Origin: Tubiluchus corallicola
Taxonomy: Eukaryota > Animalia > Priapulida
Reading direction: 5' to 3'
DNA: 64,000 nt
Assembly (NCBI GenBank): GCA_030141605.1
Contig: JAQGDQ010000145.1
Location: 62,001 to 126,000 of the forward strand
Positions 1 to 13,800 of the stretch are shown one piece after another; within the stretch, counting starts at the first letter, position 1; the number at the start of each line of letters is the position of its first letter. The notes under the pieces are model-generated. The model ran no database searches. It was not told the DNA's origin and saw only the letters and a list, made by a program, of their open reading frames with translations. Made by a program: the position numbers and the translations under genes.

Positions 1-13
1 GGGCCTAGGGAAG

Positions 14-582
14 CTGTAGGGTATTTACCAATAGGTCAACTAGGCTGTAACCTAGTGTGCCAGATTTTAGGTGTTCAGTATTAAAAATTCTTATTCTCCT
101 CAGAAAATGCGTATGCTTTATACTCATATAAAGCACGTATTTTATAACGCATCACAAGCAGCATATTTTACATAAGAGTCCATCTAACAATGTATGTATT
201 CTGTTTTATTGGTCAACAAAATTATAATAACATTACAAATTATAGGGTGAGTATAACAAGTTAGCCATGTTCTAAGCCAGATATAGGCAAGCCCTGTACA
301 AACAAGTAGACCACTTTTATATAAAAGGTACTGCACCAATAATTGCGCAACAGCCTGCTTAGATGTGAATGCCGTGTAATTAGCTAATTAACAATAACTA
401 CGTAAGCCATAGTGATACTAATACACCACAAGTAATTATATATTGGGTTTATATTTTTTAAATAACCATAAATCCAAAATAGAGATGAGTGAGGCTGAAC
501 TATCGGCTTAGGGCGTCATAATGTCCCTGGGGTATCCAAATACTTTTGCCTAGGGCGTCAAACTACCTAAAGCCAGTCCTCC
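14..582. mobile_element. Degenerate hAT-like MITE (GCCTAG-motif family), boundaries approximate
   Basis: TTTACCAATAGGTCAACTAGGCTGTAACCTAG near 25-55 resembles the subterminal motif of the elements at 26876 and 60381; GCCTAGGGCGTC motifs near 500-582. Confidence 0.4.
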
Positions 583-739
583 AACTTCACCTAGTTCTGC
601 AAACTGCTTCCAGATGACATCCAAATCATGTTGGTAATAAAAATGTGGGCACTTACGTACAACGCTCTGCTCATTTTCTGGTATGTTATTTTTATATTTT
701 GCAACCAGTCCTAAAAAGATTTGCTTTGTCTTCATGCAG

Positions 740-3700
740 GATTGCAACAAGCATTTGACCGTGATTGGCGTGATGGTAGCATCACTCAAGAGAAATGGTT
801 TGCTAATGCAAGTCACGAAGGAATTCTTGCCTATAAACTTCTTGTACAAACCGGGGATATCGATAATCCTATTATGAAGAGTAATGTGAGTAGTGGATTT
901 ATTAAACTGACATCTTTATTTAATTTTAAATTACTGGCCAGTCTGCTGAAGAAGTAAATTTTGATACCTGCACTATTATCATTGGTCACATCAACAAAAC
1001 TGTAATATCTTTCAGCATCTTGATTTTATTTGTTGTTGTTCAAATAAATCTGATGCATTCATCCGATCAAGTAAATTTTTGGGCATGCTTATAGTTTGAA
1101 ATGCTAGCATTTTTAGTGTTTTAATTCATAATGCATTTAATACTAATTATACTGTATAACATCTGATATACAGGCAGTGCATCCAAGATGGTACAGCTAT
1201 TTTTTATTGGATTTAATAAGTGGAATCAGATTGTTAGCAAGCTGAAGTAACCGCTCTCTAAACTTTTTCCTAAACTGTACTTTTCAGACTCTTTGCTTTC
1301 CTGATGTTGCTTCTTTTTCTAATAAACATTTATTATCATGTTTGGTGATATACCTTGTTCTGAATTCCATTTTGAATGATAAACTCTTTCCCACTTTTGT
1401 ATGTGCATTAGCAGCATTTTACACATCTAATTCTATTTAAGGTTAGCTAAAAAAATCGAGATTGAAAAATGAAAGGTGTGATCATTGACTGAACATTTAA
1501 TAATAAACTAATAATAATAATTTATTGGATATTTAGAATGCATTAACATTAAAATGGTCAAATGCATTTTGCCTGCAGAAATCCGGATACATAAACAGTA
1601 CATGCACAATTGATTATTACAGATAAAGCTAAAATCGTAATATTTGCACATATTTATACATTAAAATCACTAGAAATCAACCCAAAAATCAATACTTTGA
1701 GTTATAAGAAAGGAATGAATTTTTTAACATTAGTCCTGCTACGTGCATAAATTGGTAAATCGTTCCATAATTTTGGTGCTGCTCTCCTAAAACTATGAGA
1801 TCCATACATGACTCGATTATAACACGGTACAACAAGAGTCGACGAGCTAACTAATCTAAGATTATGTTTATGCATGTATGGCTTCAAAAAAATCACATAC
1901 ATAGGTTTGAACGTTAACAAAAGAATTTGTATTTTATTCTGAAAAAAGAAAACACGTGCAGCCACCAGACACGACAGTCTACATTTAACGTATGGTCGGC
2001 ACTGTAGATGGTTCATGTTTACAAGAATTCCTACTAATAAATTTATCATGAATAAATAAATAAAATTCCATAAACACAAAATTATATGATGCTGTTTTTC
2101 AAGACATTCCACTGATCATGTGTTGACAGGTAAATACTGTAAGACTGGTAAATTCCAATGGCATCATCTATAGCAAAGCTTTCTACAATTACCTAACAGC
2201 ATGGGTTTCTCATGATGTATTGGCTTATTCTGCATCTATGGCTCATCTTAGTCCAACTCCCAGAGATTGGCACCATGAAGGGTACACAGACTATGAGCTG
2301 TTGAGTAAGTATGTTTTATTCAAAGGAAAATCGTGTTTGGTACATTGTTTAGTCATACATTCACCATATTTTGGCTAACTCAGATGCATTTTCTTGCATT
2401 TGTATTTTGGGCTATTTGTTGTTTCAGAAAAGTAGTTACTTGGAGTAATTTAATTTTAATCGAACTTTTTAGATAATCGTATATTTGTGCAAAAATTATT
2501 TGCGCAAAGCAGGCTAGCACTTAAATAAGTTATTTCGCAGTTGATACTTTAAGCAAAAAAGGCCAAAACTTGTTTGTAAATAGTTCGATTGTAACTAGCC
2601 CATTTGTAATGTTTGCTAGAAAAATATGTTGCTTTGTACATCCGTCTTCAGTAATATTTTGTTTTGCTATGAACATTATATGTGTCCAAAGTTTTACCCA
2701 CGTTATGAAAGACCTTTGGTTTTTGACTAAAACATCAAATTGTCTTGATCCGAAACTCTGTCATTGTCCACATTGCTTTCAAATTAAACATACCCGTGTA
2801 AAATAAATGCCATTGAAGTTAATGTCAACACATCCCTGTGTTTATCTTTTTCATTCTCGGACCAGGAGGTCTGTTTGTGTATCTGTTTGTTTTCTCTATT
2901 GTACTGCACAAAAGCTGCATGCCCAATTGTCGACCAGTTGATTCTAGCGGCTGCACAAACATGGTGAACATTGGAACTGTATCAAGCTGTTTATATATAA
3001 TTTTATGAGGCTGTTATTTGATTTATTTTTCAGTCGTGAATTACGAAATGAGTTTGACTCTGATTCAGATGCAGAAGTTCTTGAAATTATTAGGTTAACA
3101 TCGTGAATAATTGTTTCTCTGGTAGTAAAAACATTGTAAATTTTAAATGTTTGCCCAAGTTATAATGTGCACTTACTTAAAACTGTTTGCCTTATTTCAT
3201 TTTAGTCCGTTTTAAATATTACTAACAAGTGGACATGAAAAGAACCCTTCAATTTTACTTCAGATCAAGGATTTGCTATTAGTGATAATTATATAAATTG
3301 CTGTATGAAATCGTCCTTTTCACCCACGTAATATTTTTATGTGATACTTAAATTCATGAAGAAGTGTATTTTTTATAAATTTTAGTTTCTCATGTATTTC
3401 TTATAAATTGCAGTTTCTCATGTGTTTTTGTTGCTTTGATTGAAATCAAGTAAGGTAAAAAAAAATTGCTGAATCTAGAACAACTTTTTTACACAAACTA
3501 TACAAACGTTGATTTTTTTACAGTTCCAAAGTCGCCACCTCTGACGTTTACTCAATTACCATTTTCTCTACACCATCTTGGTGATACTTCAGCCACTTTG
3601 TCACTCATCAAGCAAGTCCGTGGTATCTGTGACAAGTTTGAGGAGAAGGGGTTGCCAAATTTTGTCATCGGCACCCCATTTACCTTCTGGGAACAGTACT

Positions 3701-6700
3701 TATACCTGCGCTATTTTCTGACAATCGCATTGACAGTCACGTCTGTAGTTATATTTATCATCATCACTATCACCTTAATGAATCCTTGGATGGCTTCACT
3801 AGTGGTGAGTTCATACTAGTGTAAAATTCTTTTTTGTATTGTGAACATTTAAATGATCCAAGCTACTCTGAAGCATGCTCTCTGAAGTCTCCAAGCATGA
3901 CCTCAGTGTGGTTATGAATTCCACTAGTTGTCACTAGAAATCTGTGACAAATTTATTTTCTTTGTGTGTGCTTTTAAATGGCCACAAAATTTGTAAAGAA
4001 TCTACTTTTTTACGAAATACAAAATACTAATGTCCATACTTGAAAAACACATGCTTCAAAGATTGCAAAATGTGGTTGAGTGGCTCCCACGAGTAAAAGA
4101 AATTGCGCTAAGCAGTTCTTGAAGTCTCAATTTTTATACTGTTTAGCTGTAGAGTGCCAAAGAAATTCTTTAAAAGTTATGGCAAACCTATTTTATTTTG
4201 CAGTCCACTCATCTGTAACACCATTTTATTTATCCAGGTGTTCATCATAGTTTCTATGGTACTGGAATTGTTTGGACTGCTTGGAATACTGGGAATCAAA
4301 CTCTCTGCTATACCTGCTGTCATGCTAATTGTAACTGTTGGAATCGGTGTTGAATTTACAGTTCACATATGCTTGGTGAGTTATAGTTCTCAGAAAAGTG
4401 CTGTGATTATGTCCAACTTATGATATAGAACTTCAGTCCTGTAATTTGACTAATTATCATTTACACTTAGGATGCACCAAAGCATCCAACATCTGGCATC
4501 CAGCTTCCATTATGTGGTACAACAAAGCATCCATCCAGTCTCTATGTTTTTAGTAGGAAACAAAATGGATGATAATCAAATTTATTTTTGCAGTGCTTTC
4601 TTCATAGGCTCGGCTGTCTTTAGCTGGTTGACGAACTGATACTGGTTATAGTAACAGTGTCTTATTGACAATATGCATGTTCTATGCTAAATGGTTGATG
4701 AACTGATGCTGGTTATAGGAACAGTTTTTTATTGACAATATTCATGTTCTGTGCTAAATTACTATGTGTCTAAAACAAGGTGCATCGGAAATTCCAAATT
4801 CACAATGTTAAAAATACTATAATCTAAGTGAATTATGTATTCAAATTACCTCTATGTCATAAAACAGCTTTTGTCCAAGGTATATAGTTTGTTAAAAAAT
4901 TTTGTGTTCAAAAATCCTTCAGTCAAAAAATCCTACAGTTATTTCCGATAGTTCAAAAGTATCTTCTAACTTCATTGTATTTCTCAGTATCATTTTGCAT
5001 TGTTTCTTGTAGGGTTTTGTCACAAGTATCGGGACTAGAAATCGGCGCATGTGCATGTCTTTAGAGCACATGATGGCGCCAGTTGTGCATGGAGCATTAT
5101 CGACGCTTGTAGGAGTTCTCATGTTAGCTTTCTCTGAGTTTGATTTTATTGTTCGGTAGGTTTTTCACATAAGTGTAATAAAGATTTGGCGAACATGCGC
5201 ATGTTTTTCAACAGTCAAAGTAGTCATTTAGTCATTGAATGTAAAAAGTAAAATGCAGGATATTAAAAAACAGACAGTGACTTTTTTAGTTGTTGTGCAT
5301 TACAAATATTTAACTTAGATTCATACTTCCTGCCTTTTTCTCCGTGATTTTTACGTCGTTAGTATTTTTCGATGTAGTACTAATTTATTCTAGGCCGTTT
5401 CTAAGCTCTTCTTTTACCATCATTTAATATTAGTAATTTTTTCTTTTTTGCTATTTTACTTCATCTCTTAAAAATGATAGAAATAATAATAATAATAATT
5501 GCTCCTTCTTCCTGCTTAATTCATGCAACAAAATACCACTGTTAGCGGTGGTAACCGATGATTAATTAAATTTTGATAACAAACTTGAGAGATAGGAAAT
5601 TTGAAATAATTGGAATACAACCTGGATTTGAACCAGCGACTTGCTTACAAGGCTGATGTTTTAGACCACATTTGCTATAGTAACTGTACTAGTTTATGTA
5701 CCAACTTTATATAATATATAAAGATTTTGCAGCATTGCTAGCAAAGTAATTACTTTTGACTGTAAATCTTCACAACACAACAATAAAATTATTAGTTTTG
5801 AACAAGTTATTTTCTGGCTTCACAGTTTTTTTCTTCGGTCTAATATTGATGTGATATTTACAAGGCCCTCATTTAGTCCAAAATAGTAAAATGTTATATT
5901 GATTTTTCTAGATATTTCTTTTACACACTTATTGCCTTGGTGTTCATTGGACTCGCAAATGGTCTGATTTTTCTACCAGTTCTGTTGTCCATTATTGGTC
6001 CTCCGGGAGAGGTAAATTGAAATTTTGTTTTTGTGTGTTTGTAATTTGTAAAGCAATTATGATTCGCAAAGAGCAATTATATAATAAAACCCATCAGAAG
6101 TGAGTTTATGTGCAAGTTAACTGTGAATCTTCTTCATAAGTTGATTTAAACTTTTTCCATCCTGTGCTTGAAATTGCAACCTACTAAATTCTGTTAATGT
6201 ATGTAATTAAGCTGAGCTATGTGAAATGACTTTTTTTGTTACTAAAATGTTAAATTTTTTTCTTACAACAGAGTTTGACTTCAACCTGTATCTGTAGCAA
6301 CATTAAGGCAGCGGTTATTTTCGACAAACATACATCTTGTAAAAAAAATCAAAGAAAACCTATTTTGAAAAGCTATGACGCTACAAATTTTCCTGAATTG
6401 GGTTTCAAGGGGGCAAGAAACCTGTCTATTCCATAACCCATTATACTTATTCTGTTGATGCAATGTTTGGAGGAGTTAAAAAAGGAGACTAAAATAGTTG
6501 ACGCTTTCAAAAAACATGGTTGTTATATTATTTCGTTTGACTAAGGTTAATACTATACTGACACGTTGTTCAGTGCACTTCTACGTCTACGTCTAGTGAC
6601 ATTTATTTTTCAGATTATTCCCAAAGACGGTCCGAATAGAATCTGCATACCAACACCTGAACCGTCTCCACCCCGTGAACAAGCGCCAAAAATGCGACAG

Positions 6701-8348
6701 ATCAGTCGCCGTATCCATCCACATCATGCTACCAGTGATATTTCTTTGTCTACTATTACGGAAGAACCGCAGTCTTATCAGTCCGCTCATGAGATTATTG
6801 TACAGCCAGAAGTGGTCGTAGAGACTGTGTATCCTCAGAATAATAGAGCACAGCATGTAAGCTGAGCTGCACATTATTCCTTTTTTTAACAAGAAACTAT
6901 ATCTAATTGCTGCACTTTATAAAGTTTGTTTTTATGTAGAGAGAATGTCTAATTTAGAAAAGCATTTGAGCTACATATTCTCTCTATGGACCTTATTACA
7001 TGTACCATATTTTTACAAATCGTTTCCTTAAAACTTTAAAGTTAAGTAAGTAATTTATTTGTTCCATGACTTAAAATTATTGCGTAACATTACACGTAAA
7101 ATTTTCACTCATTTTTGCAAAAATACACTCTACATACATATAAATCAACAAAATGACAAAAAAACAAAATGACAGAAAAGGAGAGAATGAAGTAAAACAT
7201 ATATTTTCTTTCCCCTTTTAATTATCGCTATTTTATCCCTAAAATTAACGTGAAACTAACTAAATTAACTAATGGCACAAAATTGTTTAAATGTAATAGT
7301 AACACAACAGAAATACGTGACAGTGGATTTATATCCGATAAACATAGAGAACCTGAACTATTTTAGGTACCATTTTTAGGGCTTTAAACATATCAAAGGT
7401 AATTACAATCTAATTTGCATTTTTGTTAAATTTCAGAATACTTCCCCTGTTGTGCAGACACTGCCTAATCAGCCGTCTCGTCATTACACGACCGTTACAG
7501 CTAAAACTAAAGTTAAAGTTGAAGTTCACTCACCGTTGCCAGGTAAGTGTATCAAAAGCTTGTCTGCATCAATAAATATATACATGTTTCCTAAGGATGT
7601 TTGTTTCATTAATCATATTCCTGAAAATTCAATGTATCAATTTTGTTCCTATAGTCTCAGTGCCAATATATTGTATCAATATATAGTTATATTTACATGT
7701 AAATGGTTTTCATGCAGCATATTTTTTAACCAATAAATTACTTCTATGCACTGCACAAGGTTCATTTGGCACAATTTGCAGGTCTATTAATAAATGTTAA
7801 TCTCTCTGCTGCTTGTTTATTTCTCTCTTGTTAGCTTAGAGTATTAATTCCTGAAAGCTGCATAAGGTTCTTCTGCAATCAAAAGTTAGCTTTCTTTATT
7901 TAGAGCAATCTGGAATACAGAAGTTAATTATCACGTGACCTAATGGTTAGCATGTATTGGACAAAAATTTGGCTAGCTGCTTATGAGTGATCTAAACATG
8001 TAAACTAAATTAATGATTAGTTTTTTCCAAAGTTTATTTATATTTTTGGCTTAATAATAAATACGGCATCTTGAAATGAAGTTGCTGGTTAATCACTCAT
8101 TTGTTTGGTACAATGTATAACAGCTACTGGGCAGAGCTTACTTATCAGTGGCAAACTTAAGCATGGCTAAAGGGTTAAGCTAACCACTACTTTTTTCAGG
8201 AGCTGTGGAAACAAAAGAACAAGTGCGTAAGCACAAGCGGCGACAAGACAATGCTGGAAGTAGTAGTAGTAGTAGTGGTGCAAGTGACAGTGGAGAGAGA
8301 GGTATAAGAATCTCAGAGGAATCTGATTCTGACCCAAGCACTAAATAG
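740..8348 (+). CDS. PTCH: Patched (Hedgehog receptor), 3' part; 5' exons lie upstream of the window
   Basis: GT-AG exons with consistent phases: 740-885, 2130-2304, 3524-3804, 4238-4375, 5013-5155, 5912-6011, 6614-6856, 7437-7542, 8200-8348 (TAG). The translation has Patched hallmarks: [121 protein letters not shown]. Confidence 0.96.
1498..2050 (-). mobile_element. LINE (L2/Crack-like) 3' fragment
   Basis: Minus-strand peptide [46 protein letters not shown] matches the L2-clade ORF2 C-terminus; (TAA)n tail near 1498-1525. Confidence 0.65.
4625..4758. repeat. Tandem duplication, 2 x 67 bp
   Basis: TGGTTGA(C/T)GAACTGAT(A/G)CTGGTTATAG..TTATTGACAATAT..CATGTTCT.TGCTAAA at 4625 and 4692. Confidence 0.8.
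5485..5680 (-). mobile_element. tRNA-derived SINE remnant
   Basis: Minus strand has A-box-like TAGCAAATGTGG and B-box GGTTCAAATCC, plus an (AAT)n tail at about 5485-5500; no intact cloverleaf. Confidence 0.45.
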
Positions 8349-8665
8349 GTAAGCCTGTTGTCTGTTGTCCTTTTTCGTTAATGTAAATTGCAGTAGGCGA
8401 TTAAAATCATGGGCCTCACATTTTTTTTTGAAACACCAAATCATTTGTTGGAAAATATATCTGCGTACACGCGTCTAGCTTGATTTTGAACAGACGTTTT
8501 TAGTTGTAATTTTCTGCACTGTTTCTGCTAATTATTACAGTATTATATTTTGATTAGTTGAGTTTTAAGCATAGAAGAATGTATTAAACCATAAACATTC
8601 AGCTGTATTGAATGTTGTGTCAATTTTTTTTCATAAATAAGTTATGAATGTATTTCTTTTTTCAG
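8349..8665 (+). other. Intron in the Patched 3' UTR starting directly after the stop codon
   Basis: AAATAG|GTAAGC donor at 8349; pyrimidine tract TTTCTTTTTTCAG ending at 8665, followed by AU-rich UTR-like sequence (TATTTAT motifs) and AATAAA near 8977. Confidence 0.7.
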
Positions 8666-9137
8666 GTCAAGGCCGATGTATTATAACATCTATTTATTGT
8701 AAATTCAAGAATCTGATATTGTATTTATTTTAGTAGCTATTTTAAGAGAAAAATTGGTAGTTGTTAGCAAGAGAATTAACTGTAGACCTGTTATCATTGT
8801 GGTGTATCTTGTGTTTTTTACAAGATGAGATTTACAGTGAGATTTACATTTTGAGATTATGAGTTATTATGAATTATGTAAACCATTTTAGATAAGTTAA
8901 ATCTATTAGTGTAATTTTCATGTACATAGTTTGTGTATAAATGTAAATAGATGATTGTATAATACTTGACAGTTTCAATAAAGTCGACGAACATCACTTT
9001 TTCATTGCAGAGAAATTTGTTGCGAACTATATTATTTAATACAAATGAAAATTTTTGACGTTTTGTCAGAAATAGAAATACCTGCATGAAAGCTGCCAAG
9101 TTCAATATTTTATTGCATGAATTTATTTTTGCTAATA

Positions 9138-9329
9138 CAGTCAAATCTCTTTATTCCATCTACTTTGGGAAAAAAAAATTGGTGTTAAAATTTGGCATTT
9201 TGACAAAGTGCATTTATACATGTTTATGTAAATGTATATATAAATAGTGTATTATCTATACATTTGTACGGTGCTTTGTTGCATTTAGCAAGGTTGACAT
9301 TTAATAGGAGACTTAACAAGGTTTGACTG
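9138..9329. mobile_element. Small Tigger/pogo-like MITE
   Basis: TA|CAGTCAAATCT ... AGGTTTGACTG|TA termini with TA duplication. Confidence 0.55.
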
Positions 9330-10855
9330 TATTTACTAGGTGCTGCGGTACTAGCATATTAAACAGGACAGATAAATGAGGCAAGGCCATTAATAATTAA
9401 TAGTACAAAGATGAATGTTGCAATGAATTTGTCTTGGTTGTAGCTTTACTCTTGCTTTTGGTGTAGCAAATGAAATTTCATTTTTGTGTTTTATTCCTTT
9501 CAGTGCTTAATACAAAAAAAAAACAAAACTGTTCCTCAAGAACAATTGCAAAAATCTTAAGAATATATTAAAAATCATGGTAGGCAAAACTACGGAATGT
9601 ACTGTAAAATCAACCAAACAAAAATCTTTAAAGGCACTGAATTTCAACACATTACTTCTATGCCGGTAATTTGTGTTACATGAACAGCAAGCATAAACTT
9701 AAGTATGTTGTGTTAATAAAAAGAATAACCAATTTATGGGAGATGAGTACAACAACATTTTGTTTTTCGTGATACACGTAAGTAGCCTGAGATCTCATAA
9801 CAAGAGCATACCAAGCCATCAAAGTTCTCAGGCTAAAACTTACGGAATGTTAAAAAAAACTATTCTACACTGGAACCATATTTTTGGTATGTCAGGTGAT
9901 TACTTTGCTATTTTTATGTGTGTTCTTAATCCATGCAGCTGACAATGTTCTTCATTGAGCGGATCATTCTCATCAAAAATTCTCCGATTTTTTGTGATGC
10001 CAGAGCAGTGTCTAGTAGGGACCATACACCACTCTGGGTGATGTGCTTTAGGGCTGAATCTAAAAGCTGCCTGTGCCTTGGGATACTACATACACTCAGA
10101 TATCACGTCAATTACATATATATATATATGCGGACACTATTATTCAACTGCGTTTTTGTCAGACTGTTCCAAAAATGGGCAATTCCAAACTAATTTTGCA
10201 GACCGATTGTTTATGGTTCAGTGATAGAAAGTAACCATGTCCGAGTCTTAGTAAATATAGCTGTCAACTTGTAACATGTTGCCATCGCGCTTATAAAGCT
10301 TTACATCAAGTAATGTCTCAAAAAAGAATGATCGAAATTAAATCAATAGAAATATTGACATTTATTTTGAAATAATTAAATTTAAAATCCTGGATCCAAC
10401 ACTCAGCGACGGGTCTTATTTATTCTACATTGTCTGCACTGTAACCTGTCTCATTGGTTACACAACACTGAACTTTTAGAGGTGACTCCGTGTAAACTGA
10501 CAATTAGTAACAATTGACAATAACTCTACTGTCGTGAAACATTTTTTGCACTTTTCCTCATTCTTTAAAACCTTCAACACTCTCGAACTGATGTCTTGTG
10601 TCTACTGCAGGCTACCTAAACAGGGATTTTAGATGCGTCAAGCGCCCTCACGACGAAGAAATCATTTGTGGAATAGTCGATATGAAACATGTGGAGGTTT
10701 TGCAATTTGCGATTCACGAAAATGCGCATTAACAAGAATGATTGGGCCGTGAAGATCGAAAATAGATCTTTTTTCAAAACGGAGTTTCTATAAATAATTT
10801 ATAGTTTTCGTGCACTAAAGTGATCGGAATTCGAATTAGTATATGTACTTTGACA

Positions 10856-13800
10856 ATGGTGTTGAATTTTTCAGCTAATTTGTCCTTTCTTTTCAAAGAA
10901 GCAGGAGATTTAACTGCAAGATACATGTCTGCTAAAAAAGCAGGATTTGAGGCAGTAGAGTGTATGTTTCCTGGGGAGTTTCCTGAAAATGTAGTTCAGG
11001 AAGCGAAAGAACAAGCTGGAGTGAAACAGGTTTTATTAAATTCATATGCAGGTAACTCATAAACTTTTAGACGAAATTAGATCTAGGCCTTGGTGGTATT
11101 TACCTTCAAACACTAGGCGTGCTAGCACTGTGGCAGGGAGCGCACACCTCTTAGTGCCGTTTTAAACTTGTTAACAGAGTCTGACCTTACAATATTGAAC
11201 AAAGAGCCTATGCTCATGACCTCTAAGTTGTCTATATGGGCTATGGAAAAATGAATTTAGTTGATGTGCCATCCTAATTTATTATATTTATATTGACATA
11301 ATATTGCTAGTTTCTCAGTGAGCTTAGCTCAAACTGATTAAAAATTAAATACAGTTTTATCATGATAATACGGTTTTTGTAAGACGGGAATATATTTTTT
11401 TATTAGTCATAATTTGTACTGAACATGTATTTTTCTTTAAATCATAATTGACTGTTGCACCGCCACTGGCTGTGCTGCCTTTAAGTTTACAATAATTTTC
11501 ATAATTTTTTTAAATGTAATCGTGACTAGAATATTCCAAGAATGGGATAATAATTATTATACCAAAGATCTATGACTGACATGGAAATTGCACAGGTACT
11601 TTAAGGCAGCTGTGAACATATTAATGCAAAACTGAGAATGCTGCTATTCAGACGATCTTTAAAAAGTTTTTTAATTTTAATTTTAGGAAGCAAATCTGGA
11701 GATTTAGGTTTGGCTGTTGATCCAACTCGTCAAAGCGAATTTAAGCAAAGCATAGAGAAAACAATCACATATGCAAAGGCTCTGGGTTGTCACAGGTAAT
11801 CAGGTATCACTACCTGACTAGTAATTTAGTAAAGGTATTTTTATCACAATAGCCAAGACCTAGGTGCTAGTAGGGATTGCTTAGTAATCTAGATTTGTAG
11901 TGAAACAGAAAGATTTACAGGGTTCATTCGTCTACAAAGACATAGCAAAGGAGGGCGACCGGAGGCAATCATCCCTGGGTGCAAAATTTTTCTATAGCTT
12001 AATGATTGTTAATTCTTAACTACTAATCTGACTTTAGCGATTAACAGAAGTTTTGTAATTATACCAAAATTCTCTAGTCAGGGATCATTGTAGATGACTT
12101 AATTACTAGGTACAGCTTAAAGAAAGCTAATGTTGTTAGGTAACGGCGTATTGAGGGTGGTACATGGCTTAGCAGTTTGATAATTTTTGGAGAAACTATG
12201 GCATTATTCGCTAAACGCCTGTTTTAATGTTTTGAATGTTTAACAGCTGTGCCTATTATGAGTACACTTTCATGGATCAACTCATAGAAAACAGTTATTC
12301 AGGTGCAGCATGGTAAGTCAAACTCAGGGTGGTTGTTATAAAAAAAATTTTTTAACTTTTTCCCATCAAGTGGAAAAAGGAAAGTGGGGCTCAGGCACTC
12401 AAAAAACGTACACAATTTGCAGTGTCAGTCGCGAAACAAGTGATCAAAATATTAAAAGGCTAGGGCACCAGAAGTTTTTTTGCTCCCAGGATCGACAAAC
12501 GCTTGCTACACCACTCTTTGTCAAAATCATTCATCTAATGTAGATTGAAAATAGTTTACAATAAAATACTGTAAATCATCATTATAACTAACCCACTTGT
12601 AATGGATTTTGGAAATAACTGACTATTTTTGCTATTCCAACTCATTACTGTTACAATGGGAAGTCTGCTATGTTACAATGGGAAGGCGCATGTCCAGACT
12701 TGGACCTCAAGTTTTTGGATGATACATCAGTCAGGCAGCATGAGATATTCTGCGGCAACTCCTGTATGAATTATAGTCATGCACCTATGTGTTTGTTACT
12801 TATTATTGATTAAAATACAAGTGTGTATAATACCTCACATTTTTAGTGCTTTACAAAAGTAATAATTTTACTAATTTTGAGGTATATGAAAGAGGATATG
12901 GTATTAGAAAAAGAAACCAAAGGAAAACAATCAAAATAGCATTAAAAATATTGAGACATATGACATATCTGTGTTGCACAATGTCAGGCAGGTCTCGCTA
13001 AGTACAGCGTGTGGGCACAATTATTTTCATGGGGACTAGTCGTGAAATAGTAGTGCAGTAGTAGATAGTTACAGGAAAGTTATTCAAAATAAGGTGCAAT
13101 AATCACGAAATTTTGCAGAGTTCATGTTTTAGCCGGAAAATGTCCAATTGGTATAGAATGGAATGAAATGGAATCATTGTACATAGAAAACATTACATGG
13201 GCATCAGACATGTTGCAAAAGGTATACTGAGAAATTCCAACCTGTTCATTATGCCCTTGTCACATAATTGATGCTTATAATATGCAGAATTTACAAAACT
13301 CATACTACTGTGAATTGTTACCTGTTCTATACCCCTCTTCCATAGCTGATGCTTAAAACATGCATTGTTTAATAAATTTGTAAGAAAATACTAAGCTTGT
13401 TTTCACTGCACAAAAACATAATTACTTTTCAGTGCAATATTGAAACGCTGATAGAACCAATAAACAACAGGAGTGTTCCTGGTTATTTTCTAAGTTCATA
13501 CAACAAAGGTAAGTCTTTACAATATTTTTGCTAACTGTCTCTTATTTGTAATGATCTCTTAGAGATTTGGATTGTACTGAGATTGTAAAGAGTAATCACA
13601 ATATCCGTTTGAGGTGAAACGTGTTGCACAATATCGGGTTTGTGGAAGTGGCACTCTTATCAACAATACAGTGGCCGCCGCTTATTATGGACACGGTTAT
13701 TGTGGACAGCCGGTTATTGTGGACAACTCGCGAGGGACGGAATTTTCCCCTAATAAAATCCGCCGGTTAATATGGACAACCGCCGCTTAATATGGACAGC

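Noticed and set aside
5610-5680. Possible tRNA gene on the minus strand
   Set aside because: Has A/B-box-like motifs but no complete cloverleaf; treated as a SINE head.
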